Notes under the pieces: model-generated
What the model was told of the DNA's origin: nothing
Databases searched by the model: none
What the model saw: only the letters and a program-made list of their open reading frames with translations
Shown: piece after piece, positions 1 through 10,541 of the stretch
How positions within the stretch are numbered: position 1 is the stretch's first letter
Layout: each line of letters opens with the position of its first letter
Assembly: GCA_038204425.1 (NCBI GenBank)
Contig: JBBRCZ010000001.1
Span: forward strand, 288,001-352,000
Source of the DNA: Spirochaetia bacterium
GTDB taxonomy: Bacteria > Spirochaetota > Spirochaetia > DSM-27196 > Salinispiraceae
Direction: 5' to 3'
DNA: 64,000 nucleotides
Position numbers and translations under genes: made by a program

Positions 1-84
1 TTGAAAATCTTTTACTTTCTTGGCAACCGTAGAAAAAAGATAAGAAGATTGAAGTTTTTGGTAGTTTGGATTAACACGAATCAA
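1..84 (-). CDS. dapL: LL-diaminopimelate aminotransferase, N-terminal 28 codons (runs off the window)
   Basis: Not in the ORF track. TTG at 84 with SD GAGGAG (91-96). Translates MIRVNPNYQKLQSSYLFSTVAKKVKDFQ, matching the DapL N-terminal pattern NxNYxKLxxSYLF. Confidence 0.8.
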   Translation of the reverse strand, partial: MIRVNPNYQKLQSSYLFSTVAKKVKDFQ

Positions 85-123
85 GTCAGACTCCTCTTGG
101 TAACAATCTGCTTGAACTATGTA

Positions 124-2142
124 TCACCAATCGATCTTTTTTTCCAGCGCTATACCGGCTTGACCATAAGAATCTGTTGGATAAAATTTAAAGCTCGCGC
201 TCCCCAAAAAATCTTCTTCAATTACAAGTTCTATTTTTAGTCTTATGGGAGGATTAGTACCGAGTAAGACAAGAACTTCTCCATCCTCAAGATATTTTAC
301 TGGAAAGTTGCAGTAGAGAATTTGAGTGGTCTCGCCAGTAACATTAATTGTTAGTTCAATTTTCGCAAGCTGCTGATTGGCGTCAATTTGAAATACCCGT
401 CTTTTGCGACCCAGAAAGACAGAGTCGGCAAAAGTTACACTCACATCAGTGCTTTGCAATTCACTAGTGTTTTGCTCAATAGTCCAAGGCTTGCCAGGGA
501 ACCAAGATTGCGGCAGAACCAAAAATGACAGACAGCTTGCCAAGATAAAGAAAATTAGAACTGTCGTAAACTTAATCAGGCTGGGGTGTTTACTTCGATG
601 CAGTGGAAATATTCTTGAGAGCCTTTGTATTTGAAATAGATGCGGCAGGATAAATAAACTTGCTACTAGGCTAGAAGTCAAATGCTTACTGTGAGCCGCA
701 GCGTCAGTAGTCCCTTGACCGTAACCTGACAAGGTCACAAGCAAAAGTGTGATTGCAGAAAGAAGTGACAATAACAAAAAAAGCAATTTTAAACGCCTGC
801 TTCTTAAAAAGACAACCGCAACCATCAATAGAGAAGGAACTAGTGCAATGATAGTTAAAGTGATGTTAATAATCGCCATGAGCAGTAAAGACAGATTAGT
901 GAAGACTAAAGCGTTAACAGATAGAAATGCGGAGTTCCTCGGGATCACTGTTTCAAATTTGTCGAGAAGAAACAGGCTCAGAACCACGCTAGACAATATG
1001 ATGCTTGAAGTCCAAAGAATTGACCAACCCGTCAGTCCCTCAAATATTGGCAGCACTAGGGCGATACCAAACCAAGCGATACTAAAATAAAGTAAAGTGA
1101 CTAACAGACTTGCACTTAGATCTCTAAAAAAAACAAAGAAATACTGACTTCTGCTGCTTGCAGTAAACAGGAAGAGCATCTGCAAAAAAAAGAATAGAAT
1201 TAAGGTTACAACCAAGTCAAACTCTCGGACAACGAAGATTTGGTTCAAAAAAATTAACGGAACAAAATTCTTTTCAGCATAGTCAATTGCGCCGTCCTGT
1301 GTGTAGTTTTTATTTGACCAAGCTTCCACAAGTCCTACGTAATTAGCAATGCCTTGAGCCGTGTTGAGTGTTGAACTTAAAGGGTCTTCACTAACGGCTA
1401 TTGCAGCAAGTCTCTCATCAAGATAGCGCCCTAACCTTAGATCGTTTCCAAAACCGAGCATGGCCAAAAGAGTGTCACGGCTATCCACCGATAGACTTAG
1501 ATCATTTTCTTTGGCGATGGAGACTATGCTTTGAAAGAGTTCATAAGGGCTTTGTCTATTTTGAGAAGTATAAAAGAGTTTAAAACCGCTGCGAAACGAG
1601 GCAAAAGAAAGCACTATAATCTGTTCGTCTTTTCTAACGTTGGTATTTCTTAAATAGATCAAAGCAGAATTTCCAGGCTGAACTACAGACGCATCGCCCA
1701 ATACGACGACTTCAATAGTGTTCAACTGTGTACGCTCTTTAAACTTCTCAATAATTGATTTCAACAAGAGGACGTTTATATTTGGGTCAAACTGCCTCAA
1801 CGGAACAGCGACTGGCATTGAAATGGGAACTATTAATCTAAGTTTATGCGCCAATCTGCCTGCAATTTGGATCGACAGAATGGACGAAAATGAATGAAAC
1901 TCGCCTTCGCTACTGATAGCGGTCCTTTTTACAGGATAGCCTTGCTGCATTGCATATCTTTCAATTTCGTCTATTTGGGATAATTCTTCGGCTGTTCCGC
2001 CATAAGGCAAGCTATTTTGTTCATCATCTACAGCGTATTTCTCGGAACTGGACATATTATCGCTTGCGAGAACTAAATATCCTTGTGAGAACATAACAAG
2101 TATGGCTATAATGACGACAGTCTTAAGTGTTCGAGAGTTCAT
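124..2142 (-). CDS. Multi-pass membrane protein with an N-terminal exported domain (possibly degenerate M28-peptidase-like)
   Basis: ATG at 2142 gives a signal-peptide-like N-terminus (MNSRTLKTVVIIAILVMF), followed by a soluble domain, about 8-9 hydrophobic helices and a C-terminal soluble domain. The family assignment is tentative. Confidence 0.6.
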   Translation of the reverse strand: MNSRTLKTVVIIAILVMFSQGYLVLASDNMSSSEKYAVDDEQNSLPYGGTAEELSQIDEIERYAMQQGYPVKRTAISSEGEFHSFSSILSIQIAGRLAHKLRLIVPISMPVAVPLRQFDPNINVLLLKSIIEKFKERTQLNTIEVVVLGDASVVQPGNSALIYLRNTNVRKDEQIIVLSFASFRSGFKLFYTSQNRQSPYELFQSIVSIAKENDLSLSVDSRDTLLAMLGFGNDLRLGRYLDERLAAIAVSEDPLSSTLNTAQGIANYVGLVEAWSNKNYTQDGAIDYAEKNFVPLIFLNQIFVVREFDLVVTLILFFFLQMLFLFTASSRSQYFFVFFRDLSASLLVTLLYFSIAWFGIALVLPIFEGLTGWSILWTSSIILSSVVLSLFLLDKFETVIPRNSAFLSVNALVFTNLSLLLMAIINITLTIIALVPSLLMVAVVFLRSRRLKLLFLLLSLLSAITLLLVTLSGYGQGTTDAAAHSKHLTSSLVASLFILPHLFQIQRLSRIFPLHRSKHPSLIKFTTVLIFFILASCLSFLVLPQSWFPGKPWTIEQNTSELQSTDVSVTFADSVFLGRKRRVFQIDANQQLAKIELTINVTGETTQILYCNFPVKYLEDGEVLVLLGTNPPIRLKIELVIEEDFLGSASFKFYPTDSYGQAGIALEKKIDW

Positions 2143-2151
2143 GTCAGATTT

Positions 2152-2180
2152 AAGATAGGTTAGTGGTCGTTGAAGGTCAA
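2152..2180 (-). promoter_or_regulatory. sigma70-like promoter TTGACC-N17-TATCTT
   Basis: The -10 box ends 9 nt upstream of ATG 2142 and no SD is present. Confidence 0.55.
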
Positions 2181-2195
2181 GCACGGGAGGTACTC

Positions 2196-2705
2196 TTGTC
2201 GTTGATGCCAGAAATATCGCAAAGATACTCTTGCAAACTCTTCAAAAAAACTCCAATTGACAGCGCCTCGATCAAGTCACTATTAGAATCTGCGCGTAGC
2301 GCCCCGTCAGCAAAAAATCGCCAAGCATGGCGGTTCGTGGCGGTAAGCAGGATTGATCTTCTGGAAAAAATAACTGTTGCATGTTATGGACAGGATCAAG
2401 TTGAATCTGCGCCACTAATCATCGCTTGTGGAACCACCAACCTTGACTACCGGATGCCCAATGGACAACTCTCTTATCCTATTGATCTCGGCTTGGCAGG
2501 TGGTTTTATATTACTTCAAGCTGCACATTTAGGATTAGGTAGTTGCGCAATTACAACATTTGACGAAGAGCAAGTCAAAAGAATCATCACCATGCCCAGC
2601 CTGATGAAGATAGTTATGTTAGTTGCAGTCGGGCAGGCTGATGATGAACCTCCGCTTAGAAGTCGCCTGCCATTTAGTCGCGTTTGTGCCGAAAACCATT
2701 GGTAG
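2196..2705 (+). CDS. Nitroreductase family protein
   Basis: Motifs RYSCK, ARSAPSAKNRQAWRF and LQAAHLGLGSC. TTG at 2196 follows SD GGGAGG. Confidence 0.9.
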   Translation: MSLMPEISQRYSCKLFKKTPIDSASIKSLLESARSAPSAKNRQAWRFVAVSRIDLLEKITVACYGQDQVESAPLIIACGTTNLDYRMPNGQLSYPIDLGLAGGFILLQAAHLGLGSCAITTFDEEQVKRIITMPSLMKIVMLVAVGQADDEPPLRSRLPFSRVCAENHW

Positions 2706-2728
2706 CGTTTATCGAATCACCCATGGTA

Positions 2729-3847
2729 CTAAGTGTTACTGTAGGCAAGACTATTCTTCTGAATGAACTCTTTCTTACCCAGGTCAAGTAAAGTGTCGAG
2801 CAAATCACTATACGACAAGCCAGAGGCCTGACACATCATTGGGTACATACTAACGTTGGTAAAGCCCGGCATAGTGTTGATTTCATTGAGCAGCAGCTGT
2901 CCGGTCTTTTTGTCCAAGAAAAAATCCACTCGAGAAAGACCTCGTGCTTCGCAAAGCTGGTAAGCTTTTATTGCAATATCGCGAACCAAATCTATTTGAT
3001 CCTGGTCGATAGCAGCTGGTATTTGAAACCGCGCACCATCGGGATCAAGATATTTAGCATCATAGTCATAATACTCGTGTTGAGGGACAATTTCACCGGG
3101 CAAAAATGCTTGTAAGGTGTCATTTCCTAACACTGCGACTTCTATTTCTCGGGCGTCGATGCCGGGCTCGATGAGAACCTTATTGTCAAATTTAAATGCA
3201 AGTTCCAATGCTGGCAAAAACTCTGCTTCATTGAGCACTCGACTAATTCCAACTGAAGAGCCGCCCCGCGATGGTTTAACAAATACTGGCACAGTATAGA
3301 TTGTTAGTATTTGCTGCCAGAGCTGATGACTTTGTTTGGCATCAAACAAACTCTTCTCAAGTGATCTAAAAGGAACCACTGGTAGACCGGCTTGCATCCA
3401 AACCCGTTTGACTTTTTCTTTGTCCATGCCAAGCGAACTTCCCAAGACTCCTGAGCCAACATAAGGCAGCTCTAGCAATTCTAACAGGCCCTGGATGGTT
3501 CCATCTTCGCCAAAACTGCCATGCAAGACCGGAAAAACAACCTCACACGCTATAGAAATAAGTTGGTCTTTTTCTTGATAGACGAATCCTTGGCCTGGGA
3601 TGAGCAAAATAGCCTTGCCACCTTGGATCTTTAGTTCAGCACCCTGGCGGACTTCCTCTATCAGCGATTGAGTCTGTAGTATCCAGTTTCCGTCTTTATC
3701 AATTGCAATTAGACAGAGCCGATTTGAGGGTGTCCTAAGGTGCCTAATGACACTGGCAGCCGAACGAAGAGAAACCTCGTGCTCACCGCTGCGCCCGCCG
3801 TAAACAATAATAGTTTTCTTGTCATGATCGTGAGGTAATGTGACCAC
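2729..3847 (-). CDS. ddl: D-alanine--D-alanine ligase
   Basis: GGRSGEHEVS, LHGSFGEDG, GSSVG, YDYDAKY and NEINTMPGFT motifs. Confidence 0.97.
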   Translation of the reverse strand: MVTLPHDHDKKTIIVYGGRSGEHEVSLRSAASVIRHLRTPSNRLCLIAIDKDGNWILQTQSLIEEVRQGAELKIQGGKAILLIPGQGFVYQEKDQLISIACEVVFPVLHGSFGEDGTIQGLLELLELPYVGSGVLGSSLGMDKEKVKRVWMQAGLPVVPFRSLEKSLFDAKQSHQLWQQILTIYTVPVFVKPSRGGSSVGISRVLNEAEFLPALELAFKFDNKVLIEPGIDAREIEVAVLGNDTLQAFLPGEIVPQHEYYDYDAKYLDPDGARFQIPAAIDQDQIDLVRDIAIKAYQLCEARGLSRVDFFLDKKTGQLLLNEINTMPGFTNVSMYPMMCQASGLSYSDLLDTLLDLGKKEFIQKNSLAYSNT

Positions 3848-3865
3848 CGTTTATTCCTTAATAAT

Positions 3866-5470
3866 TTAATTTTTGAAGCCCATAGAGAGCAACACTTCTC
3901 GCACTTGTGTCTCTTCGTCCCAAGGCATTTTTCTGTCGCCCACAACTATACTTCGCTCGTGACCCTTGCCCAAAAAGGCGACTGTATCTCCGACCTGAGC
4001 GATGCCCAACGCTTTCTCAATTGCCAAGCGCCGGTTTGGTATGCACTCAATTGGAATATCCTTTGAGAATAGCCTGGCGCCGGCTTTGATTTGATCAATG
4101 ATTGCCAGCTCGTCTTCCAATCTGGGGTCTTCATTGGTTAAAACTAAAACCTGCCCATACTGCGCCGCGAGACTGCCCAGCATTGGTCGCTTTTCTTTGT
4201 CTCGTTCACCAGCAGATCCAAATACGATTATCAGTCGATTCTTGCAGACTGCAGCAATTTGAGGGAGAATTTTGGCAAACGAACCAGGGGTATGGGCGTA
4301 GTCAATCAAAACAGTATAGGGCTGTCCCAGCTTAACCGGAACTAAACGGCCTTTTACTCCAACGAGGCTGGGCAAAAACTTGACTAAATTTGAAACTGAA
4401 CAGTTGAGACACTGAGAAGCCAAGACCAGTGCTGCACAAACGTTTTCTACATTGAAAGCACCCGGAAAACCTATGCTACAATTTTTAATTGTGCTTTGAC
4501 CTATGCACAGGTCAAACTGAACTGCATCAGGGCTCTGTACAATGTTAATGGCTCTCAGATAGGCATCAGGTAGAGTAGGTTGTTTGGTGAGATTTAGCTC
4601 GCTCTCGTATAGTAAAATATTTTGGGCCTGAAGATGATCAGAACTCGTCTGATAAAACCACTCTGCTTGAGAGTCACCCCTATTAATTACGGCTTTTGGA
4701 CTTGGAAAGTTGCACGCTAAATTGGCTTGTAGTTTTCTAAAAAGATTTCCTTTGTCATTACGGTAGTTTTCATAAGTACCGTGAAACTCGAGATGCTCGT
4801 GGCTTAGGTTAGTAAAGGCTGCCGCCTGAAAAGCAATCTCCTGAAGTCTAGCGGTTTTTTCTGATAGACCGTGCGACGTTGATTCCATAACTACATGGCT
4901 AAGCTGCTCGTCTCTCATTCTCGCTAGGATAGAAAAAAGCTCTAAAGGTTCTGGCGTAGATTGCCTTAAATCATTGTCCAAAACGTTGCCACCGTAAGAA
5001 ATGGCAACTGTCGAAAAAAAACCTGCCTTAATACCGGCTTTGATCAATAACTGCCAGGTAAAAAAAACTGTACTGGACTTTCCGTCAGTTCCAGTTACTC
5101 CAACCATTACAAGCTCGTCTTGAGGTCTGCCAAACCACTGTGACGCTGCATAGCTTAGGGCTTCTCGTGTATGTTTTACTCTTACACAACAGGTTCGGTG
5201 ATGTAGACAAAGCGCGATTGTTTCCGGTGCCAGTTCAAGTTCATGTACAATAGCTGATGCGCCTGCCTTGACCATTTCAGGTATCTGCAAGTGACTGTCA
5301 TGGTGGTCGCCAACAATAGCAAAAAAAACATTTCCAGTCCTAATTTTCCTGCTGTCTGCACAAAGACCAGTAATTGATATTTTGTCTAAGTCTAGGCCAT
5401 GCAAGCCAAAGTTTGACTCGGAGCAATTCGCGTAGTGACCAAGGACATATTTAAGATTTTCTCGAGACAT
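3866..5470 (-). CDS. murE: UDP-MurNAc-L-Ala-D-Glu--diamino acid ligase (EDPR specificity motif)
   Basis: GVTGTDGKSS P-loop, STPE, FTNLSHEHL, DYAHTP, NEDPR and GKGHE motifs. Confidence 0.95.
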   Translation of the reverse strand: MSRENLKYVLGHYANCSESNFGLHGLDLDKISITGLCADSRKIRTGNVFFAIVGDHHDSHLQIPEMVKAGASAIVHELELAPETIALCLHHRTCCVRVKHTREALSYAASQWFGRPQDELVMVGVTGTDGKSSTVFFTWQLLIKAGIKAGFFSTVAISYGGNVLDNDLRQSTPEPLELFSILARMRDEQLSHVVMESTSHGLSEKTARLQEIAFQAAAFTNLSHEHLEFHGTYENYRNDKGNLFRKLQANLACNFPSPKAVINRGDSQAEWFYQTSSDHLQAQNILLYESELNLTKQPTLPDAYLRAINIVQSPDAVQFDLCIGQSTIKNCSIGFPGAFNVENVCAALVLASQCLNCSVSNLVKFLPSLVGVKGRLVPVKLGQPYTVLIDYAHTPGSFAKILPQIAAVCKNRLIIVFGSAGERDKEKRPMLGSLAAQYGQVLVLTNEDPRLEDELAIIDQIKAGARLFSKDIPIECIPNRRLAIEKALGIAQVGDTVAFLGKGHERSIVVGDRKMPWDEETQVREVLLSMGFKN

Positions 5471-5560
5471 ATAACTGTATTAAAACCTATTCTTTGGCTT
5501 GAAACAACAAGTGAAGAGCGCCTACAAAGAATTATTGTTGGCACCCTTCAATCGCAATTT

Positions 5561-6580
5561 TTATCTACCGCTGACACTATACAAGTAGCGGAAGTAGTCA
5601 GAGTCAGTTGACATTGTCTTATCAAAATTAGCGAGCGTCTTTCTATACGACTCCATTGCACGCCAAAACTGGAAGAAGTCAGAATCCTGCCGATAGGCAT
5701 CAGAATAAATGCGAGAAGCACGAGCATCTGCTGTACCTTTGATGGTTTCTGATTGACGATAAGCATCAGAAAGAATGTTTTTAACTTCATTCTCCATTTG
5801 ACCTTCAAGTTCCTTCTTGCGACCTTCACCGACCGATCTATATGCCTGAGCAATTCTATTTCGTTCTGAAATCATACGATCATAAACGTTTTGAGTTACT
5901 TGATCGGAGTAGCGAATTTGTCTTACCAAAACATCTATCAACTCAATTCCCAAAGTATCAAGTATCGTTTTAGCTGAGTCATACATACGAAGGCTCAAGT
6001 TTCGGCGGCCTTCAGCAGAAGTTAGGTTTTGGTATCGTTCTGCTGTATCAATTAGATTTTTCAACTCTTTGGTCACCAAAGAAGTCTCGTCACCTGATTC
6101 AGCAGTAACCAAATTGCCAGTTGCGTAGTTGCTCTCATTGATGATGTTGGAGCTCCGGACTACCGCACTCAAAGAGTTTTCTGCTACAACCGTACGTACG
6201 GCTGATTCGAGAACTGCCGTTAGTCTAGAATTAGCGCTCTCAATTGAAATTAGCTTGGAATAGAATACCTTAGGGTCTTTAATACGCCATCGTGCAGTGC
6301 TATCAACCCAAACCTCCTGTTTTTCAGAGGTGAGCATTTTGAGCGGATCGCCATCCCAGTTAATAATCTTTCTTGTATAAATGGATACCGTGTCAATAAA
6401 TGGGAGCTTAAATCCAATTCCCGCATCTTGCCTAACGTCAACTATTTGACCAAAACGAACAATAATTGCTTGTTGACCTTCAGTGAGGATAAAAAATGGG
6501 CCAAAAAAGATTAACACGACTGCCAGGATTACAACTGTCACCAAAAGTGCGACTAGTCTATTTCTTTGGACGAGTGTCAT
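5561..6580 (-). CDS. hflC: FtsH protease modulator HflC (SPFH domain)
   Basis: One TM helix plus SPFH domain, VYDRMISER and FFQFWRAMESY motifs. Overlaps the hflK stop (ATGA). Confidence 0.93.
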   Translation of the reverse strand: MTLVQRNRLVALLVTVVILAVVLIFFGPFFILTEGQQAIIVRFGQIVDVRQDAGIGFKLPFIDTVSIYTRKIINWDGDPLKMLTSEKQEVWVDSTARWRIKDPKVFYSKLISIESANSRLTAVLESAVRTVVAENSLSAVVRSSNIINESNYATGNLVTAESGDETSLVTKELKNLIDTAERYQNLTSAEGRRNLSLRMYDSAKTILDTLGIELIDVLVRQIRYSDQVTQNVYDRMISERNRIAQAYRSVGEGRKKELEGQMENEVKNILSDAYRQSETIKGTADARASRIYSDAYRQDSDFFQFWRAMESYRKTLANFDKTMSTDSDYFRYLYSVSGR

Positions 6581-7569
6581 TGTGTGACTCCTTTTCTAGC
6601 TGGCAAGTTGAGCAACGGCACGGTGTTATCAAGGTTCTTGTCAATTAGAGTTGGTCTGTTTTCAGCGTTTGATTGGCCAAAAATTTCTTCCATCATCTCA
6701 TTGTAGAGCCGTATGCGCGTGTTGCTTGGGTCGGTCCTATATTGCGTAAGAACAGACAAGAAACGAGCAACATCACCAGTTGCCTTGTTTACACGTTCAG
6801 TAGCATAGCCCTGTGACTGTTGGATTACTTGCTGTGCCTCACCGCGTGCTTTGGGAATTTCAGAGTTAAACCTCTGTTTTCCTTCATTTATAAGCTTATT
6901 CATATCTTGTTGTGCGCGGTTAACATCGTCAAAGGCGTCAGAAACTTTTCCCTGGGGCGGAACAATACTTTGAAGTTTGACTTCATTAATCTTTACGCCC
7001 AATTCATACTTTTCGAACAAACCGTTCATTTTTGTAACGGCAAGATTCTCAATTTCGGTACGAGCCGGCCCAAGAATTGAAAATATAGTGCGGTCTCCAA
7101 CCAATTCATTGATAACTGACTGAGAAATATCCCTAATTGTCTGAACGCGGTTTTCAACCTTAAATAGCCACTGTAGAGGGTCATAGATATTGTATTGGAT
7201 TATCCATTGCATCTCAATAATGTTGAGGTCACCAGTTAGCATGATTGCTTCTTCTGGCATGGTTCGGCGAGCGTCAGCATTACCAGCCGCGCCTTGACCG
7301 CGAGAACCAAAAACCATGTTTTGAGTAATCTGCGTTGGCACATTATTGTTCTGTTCAATGCCAAAGGGCAATTTAAAATGCAAGCCTGCACCCACAACAC
7401 GATTAAACTTTCCAAATGTTGTAACGACAGATTCTTCAGATTGGTCGACGATAAATATGCTCGTAAAGGCACCTACGAGCACCAATACCACAAAGACGAC
7501 CACAATTATAAGCTTGACGCTAATCGGCGGTAGCTTAAATGGTACATTTCCTGACATGAAAGAGCCCAT
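6577..7569 (-). CDS. hflK: FtsH protease modulator HflK
   Basis: GLHFKLPFGIE, MLTGDLNII, AFDDVNRA and IPKARGEA motifs. SD GAGGAGG. Confidence 0.93.
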   Translation of the reverse strand: MGSFMSGNVPFKLPPISVKLIIVVVFVVLVLVGAFTSIFIVDQSEESVVTTFGKFNRVVGAGLHFKLPFGIEQNNNVPTQITQNMVFGSRGQGAAGNADARRTMPEEAIMLTGDLNIIEMQWIIQYNIYDPLQWLFKVENRVQTIRDISQSVINELVGDRTIFSILGPARTEIENLAVTKMNGLFEKYELGVKINEVKLQSIVPPQGKVSDAFDDVNRAQQDMNKLINEGKQRFNSEIPKARGEAQQVIQQSQGYATERVNKATGDVARFLSVLTQYRTDPSNTRIRLYNEMMEEIFGQSNAENRPTLIDKNLDNTVPLLNLPARKGVTQ

Positions 7570-7629
7570 CCATCCTCCTCTTTTTTCATCAAAACAGGGT
7601 CTAAACCCACCCTAGATCAATGAGCTTAT

Positions 7630-7659
7630 AAGATACGCTCTGCGGATAGGTAGGGTCAA
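7630..7659 (-). promoter_or_regulatory. sigma70-like promoter for hflKC, TTGACC-N18-TATCTT
   Basis: Same hexamer pair as upstream of the 2142 gene and sufS. Confidence 0.5.
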
Positions 7660-7750
7660 GGACTCAAAATTACGATTACTTGCACTAGCAAGACCAATTT
7701 TACCAAAAAAATTCTTTTCATTTTATGGCAATCCGGCTACTATCCTGTTT

Positions 7751-8410
7751 ATGAGACCGAGAAAGATCCGCATTAGCCCTTCAATTCTTAGCGCCGATTT
7801 CACAAGAATTCATGAGGCCGTCTATGCCATCGGGCGCACGAGTGCAGACATGATACATTGTGACGTAATGGACGGAGTCTTCGTCCCCAACTTAACTTTT
7901 GGTCCAAAAATGATTGCCGATATGCGATCGCAAACTTCTTTGCCACTCGATGTTCACCTTATGGTTGAACATCCAGAATCATGCTGGCGAGACTATGCTG
8001 ACGCTGGTGCTGATATAATTACTTTTCACCTAGAGGCATGTCGGCATGCACATCGGCTTATCCAAGCAATCAAAGACGCAAACATTAAAGTCGGAATTAG
8101 TCTTGTTCCGTCAACTCCCGTTTCACATTTGAGTGAGATTCTGAAAGATCTTGATCAAGTTCTCGTAATGAGTGTCAATCCGGGCTTTGGTGGTCAGATG
8201 TTTATTCAGGCATCAACGGATAGAATTTTTCAGCTCTGTCAACTGAGAAAAAATTTGGCTACTAACTTTGACATTTCCGTAGACGGTGGCATAAATCTTG
8301 AGACTGCAAGTCTTGTAAATCGAGCTGGTGCTGATATATTGGTAACGGGAAACGCTTTTTTTTCCGCTACTGACAAAGAGCACTTGATAGCCGGTCTGCG
8401 AAAAGCGTAA
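7751..8410 (+). CDS. rpe: Ribulose-phosphate 3-epimerase
   Basis: SPSILSADF, HCDVMDGVFVPN, DVHLM, MSVNPGFGGQ and VDGG motifs. Confidence 0.97.
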   Translation: MRPRKIRISPSILSADFTRIHEAVYAIGRTSADMIHCDVMDGVFVPNLTFGPKMIADMRSQTSLPLDVHLMVEHPESCWRDYADAGADIITFHLEACRHAHRLIQAIKDANIKVGISLVPSTPVSHLSEILKDLDQVLVMSVNPGFGGQMFIQASTDRIFQLCQLRKNLATNFDISVDGGINLETASLVNRAGADILVTGNAFFSATDKEHLIAGLRKA

Positions 8411-8469
8411 ATGTTTTGTTCTTGTCGAAACAAGAGGAACATCCGAAACTTAAAAAGGGGGCTCGGGTA

Positions 8470-9489
8470 ATGAAAATTCGTTTGTTCTTGATGGGGATAT
8501 TTTTTGTAGTAGCTTCAGCAGCATTGAATGCTCAGGCCATTCGCTCTGGATTGGATCAAGCCACCACCTTGCTAAATCAAGGCAAAGAGCTGATGCAGCA
8601 GGGAAAATACCAAGAGGCGCTCCCTGTCTTTAGGCAAGTTGTGCTTGTACCAGGACCGGCAACAAGCTATGGAGAAGCCTATTTTTATCTTGCCAAAACG
8701 CTTTTTGTACTCGCGCGAATCGACGAGTCGGCCAGGAACTTTGAATATTTTATTGATAACTATGCGGACAATAGCAACTTGCATGAAGCCCTTTACCTTA
8801 GAGCACGCATTCTGTACTTACAATCAGAGTTCAAGAACGCTGTTGAGGCTTTTGCCTATTTTATAGAAAAGTTTCCGAAATCCATTTTTGTAGCCAATGG
8901 CTACTACTGGACCGGTGAGGCACTTTATTCTCTTGGTCAATTTGATGAAGCACGAAAAATGTTTTTATCAGTTGTTCAAAACTTTCCAAATGGTGCTCGC
9001 ATTGAAGCTGCACGTTATCGACTCTCACTTATAGAACTCAGAAAACGAGAAACTCAGCTGCTTGAGCTGGTAAAGTGGAGTCATCAAGAAAATATTAAAA
9101 ATCTTGAAGATTTTCAGACAAGGGAAAAAACCTACGAAGAAGCGATCCGCTCTTATCAACGAAAATTGGCAAGTTTGGCCAGCGAAGATTTTAAAGATGA
9201 AATTACCAGTCTACAAAAAAAGCTATTGGATGCAGAGACAAAAATACCGGCCTTTGATTCCAGAATCAACGATCTAAACGCCCAATTAAGAAAAAGTCAG
9301 TCTGACGCCATTTCAATGAGACAGTCATATAGTTTAGCGCAGGAGAGACTTAAAGCACTAGAAACGCAATTACAAAAGCCCTTCGCCGAAGCTATGCTGG
9401 ACTTAGAAAGGCAAAAACGTCTATTGGAAGCTAAAGAAGAAGCACTTAAGCTCAAAGAAGCGTCGCTATTGCAAGGAAATATACCGTGA
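8470..9489 (+). CDS. Exported TPR protein (BamD/CpoB-like repeats) with C-terminal coiled coil
   Basis: Signal peptide from ATG 8470, TPR repeats (YQEAL, ALYLRARI, GYYWTGEALY) and a heptad-rich C-terminus. Confidence 0.75.
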   Translation: MKIRLFLMGIFFVVASAALNAQAIRSGLDQATTLLNQGKELMQQGKYQEALPVFRQVVLVPGPATSYGEAYFYLAKTLFVLARIDESARNFEYFIDNYADNSNLHEALYLRARILYLQSEFKNAVEAFAYFIEKFPKSIFVANGYYWTGEALYSLGQFDEARKMFLSVVQNFPNGARIEAARYRLSLIELRKRETQLLELVKWSHQENIKNLEDFQTREKTYEEAIRSYQRKLASLASEDFKDEITSLQKKLLDAETKIPAFDSRINDLNAQLRKSQSDAISMRQSYSLAQERLKALETQLQKPFAEAMLDLERQKRLLEAKEEALKLKEASLLQGNIP

Positions 9490-10514
9490 ATAAGTACTTG
9501 GTAGGCCTACTCGCCGGCCTCCAGTTCCTTTGTTCACTTGTTGTGGTCGACGCTCAGTCTAGCAAGTTGTTTTCTTTGTCATTTGACGACTTCGGTGGTT
9601 TCTTTTTTTCAAATTTATACAACCAAGGCGAAAACCAAACTTCATTTCTAAATCCTTCAAACCGAAGACCTGCTACTTTTTACATTCGAGTCAATGGTCA
9701 CAGCCAAGCGGTTCGTTTAGTCAAACGCAGTTTTGCTGCTAGCAATAGCACCAAAATTGTTGGGCCTGAGTTTCAGACTGACACGATATCTTTTAAACCG
9801 CTTTTGTTCAGAAGTCCAAAAGTTGATGGCTTGCTTGGTTTGCGCTATGACGTTAAAAATGAGAGTGGCGCAAGCATTATTGTCAGTATGGTGCTGATTC
9901 TTGATACCTGGTTTGGCGAAGCCAGTGGCGTGCATTTTGTCTTGCTAGACGAAAACTCACGAGCTTCTATCACCACAGAAACAACTTTGAATGACAGTAA
10001 TACCTTGAGGCTTTTGCTATCTAGTAACAGTGATGCTAACAACGTGTTTTCTATGCTTTTTCCAAGTCAAGGGTCAGATTTTAGTGGTATGACCAAGGTG
10101 ACACTGGCCAACTATGAAAAATTGATTCGATCGCCTTTTACGGTCGAGACTGGCGAGGGCTCCACCTTTAACCTTTTGCCTTTCTCAATAAATGATTCTG
10201 CGATCCGAGTTTTTTTTGGCGATATCATAATTCCACCAGGCGGAAGCGTTTCGCGTTATATCATCCTTTCTGACAAAATTTCACTTGAACCCAAGACTGT
10301 TGAGAACATAAAAATATTGTTTACTGAAGACGCAGCGCCAGCTATCGTTAACCAAACTGGCAACGCGGGCAATCCAAATACTGATACTAGTCTTACCAGT
10401 CGCACAAGTGTAGATGAAATCCTAAAAGAAATTGATCAATTGCAGTCGAGACCAAACTACTCGCAAGCAGAGCTCGAACGACTATTGAGAAGGCTGCAGG
10501 GTGCACAACGCTAA
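9486..10514 (+). CDS. Exported hypothetical protein
   Basis: GTGA overlap with the upstream gene and a signal-peptide-like N-terminus. 342 aa with no recognised motif. Confidence 0.65.
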   Translation: MNKYLVGLLAGLQFLCSLVVVDAQSSKLFSLSFDDFGGFFFSNLYNQGENQTSFLNPSNRRPATFYIRVNGHSQAVRLVKRSFAASNSTKIVGPEFQTDTISFKPLLFRSPKVDGLLGLRYDVKNESGASIIVSMVLILDTWFGEASGVHFVLLDENSRASITTETTLNDSNTLRLLLSSNSDANNVFSMLFPSQGSDFSGMTKVTLANYEKLIRSPFTVETGEGSTFNLLPFSINDSAIRVFFGDIIIPPGGSVSRYIILSDKISLEPKTVENIKILFTEDAAPAIVNQTGNAGNPNTDTSLTSRTSVDEILKEIDQLQSRPNYSQAELERLLRRLQGAQR

Positions 10515-10541
10515 TGGTCTTGGGAATATGAGCTATTTATC

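Noticed and set aside
1..240. 79-aa plus-strand ORF
   Set aside because: It is antisense to the dapL start and to the end of the membrane-protein gene, and has no recognisable motif.
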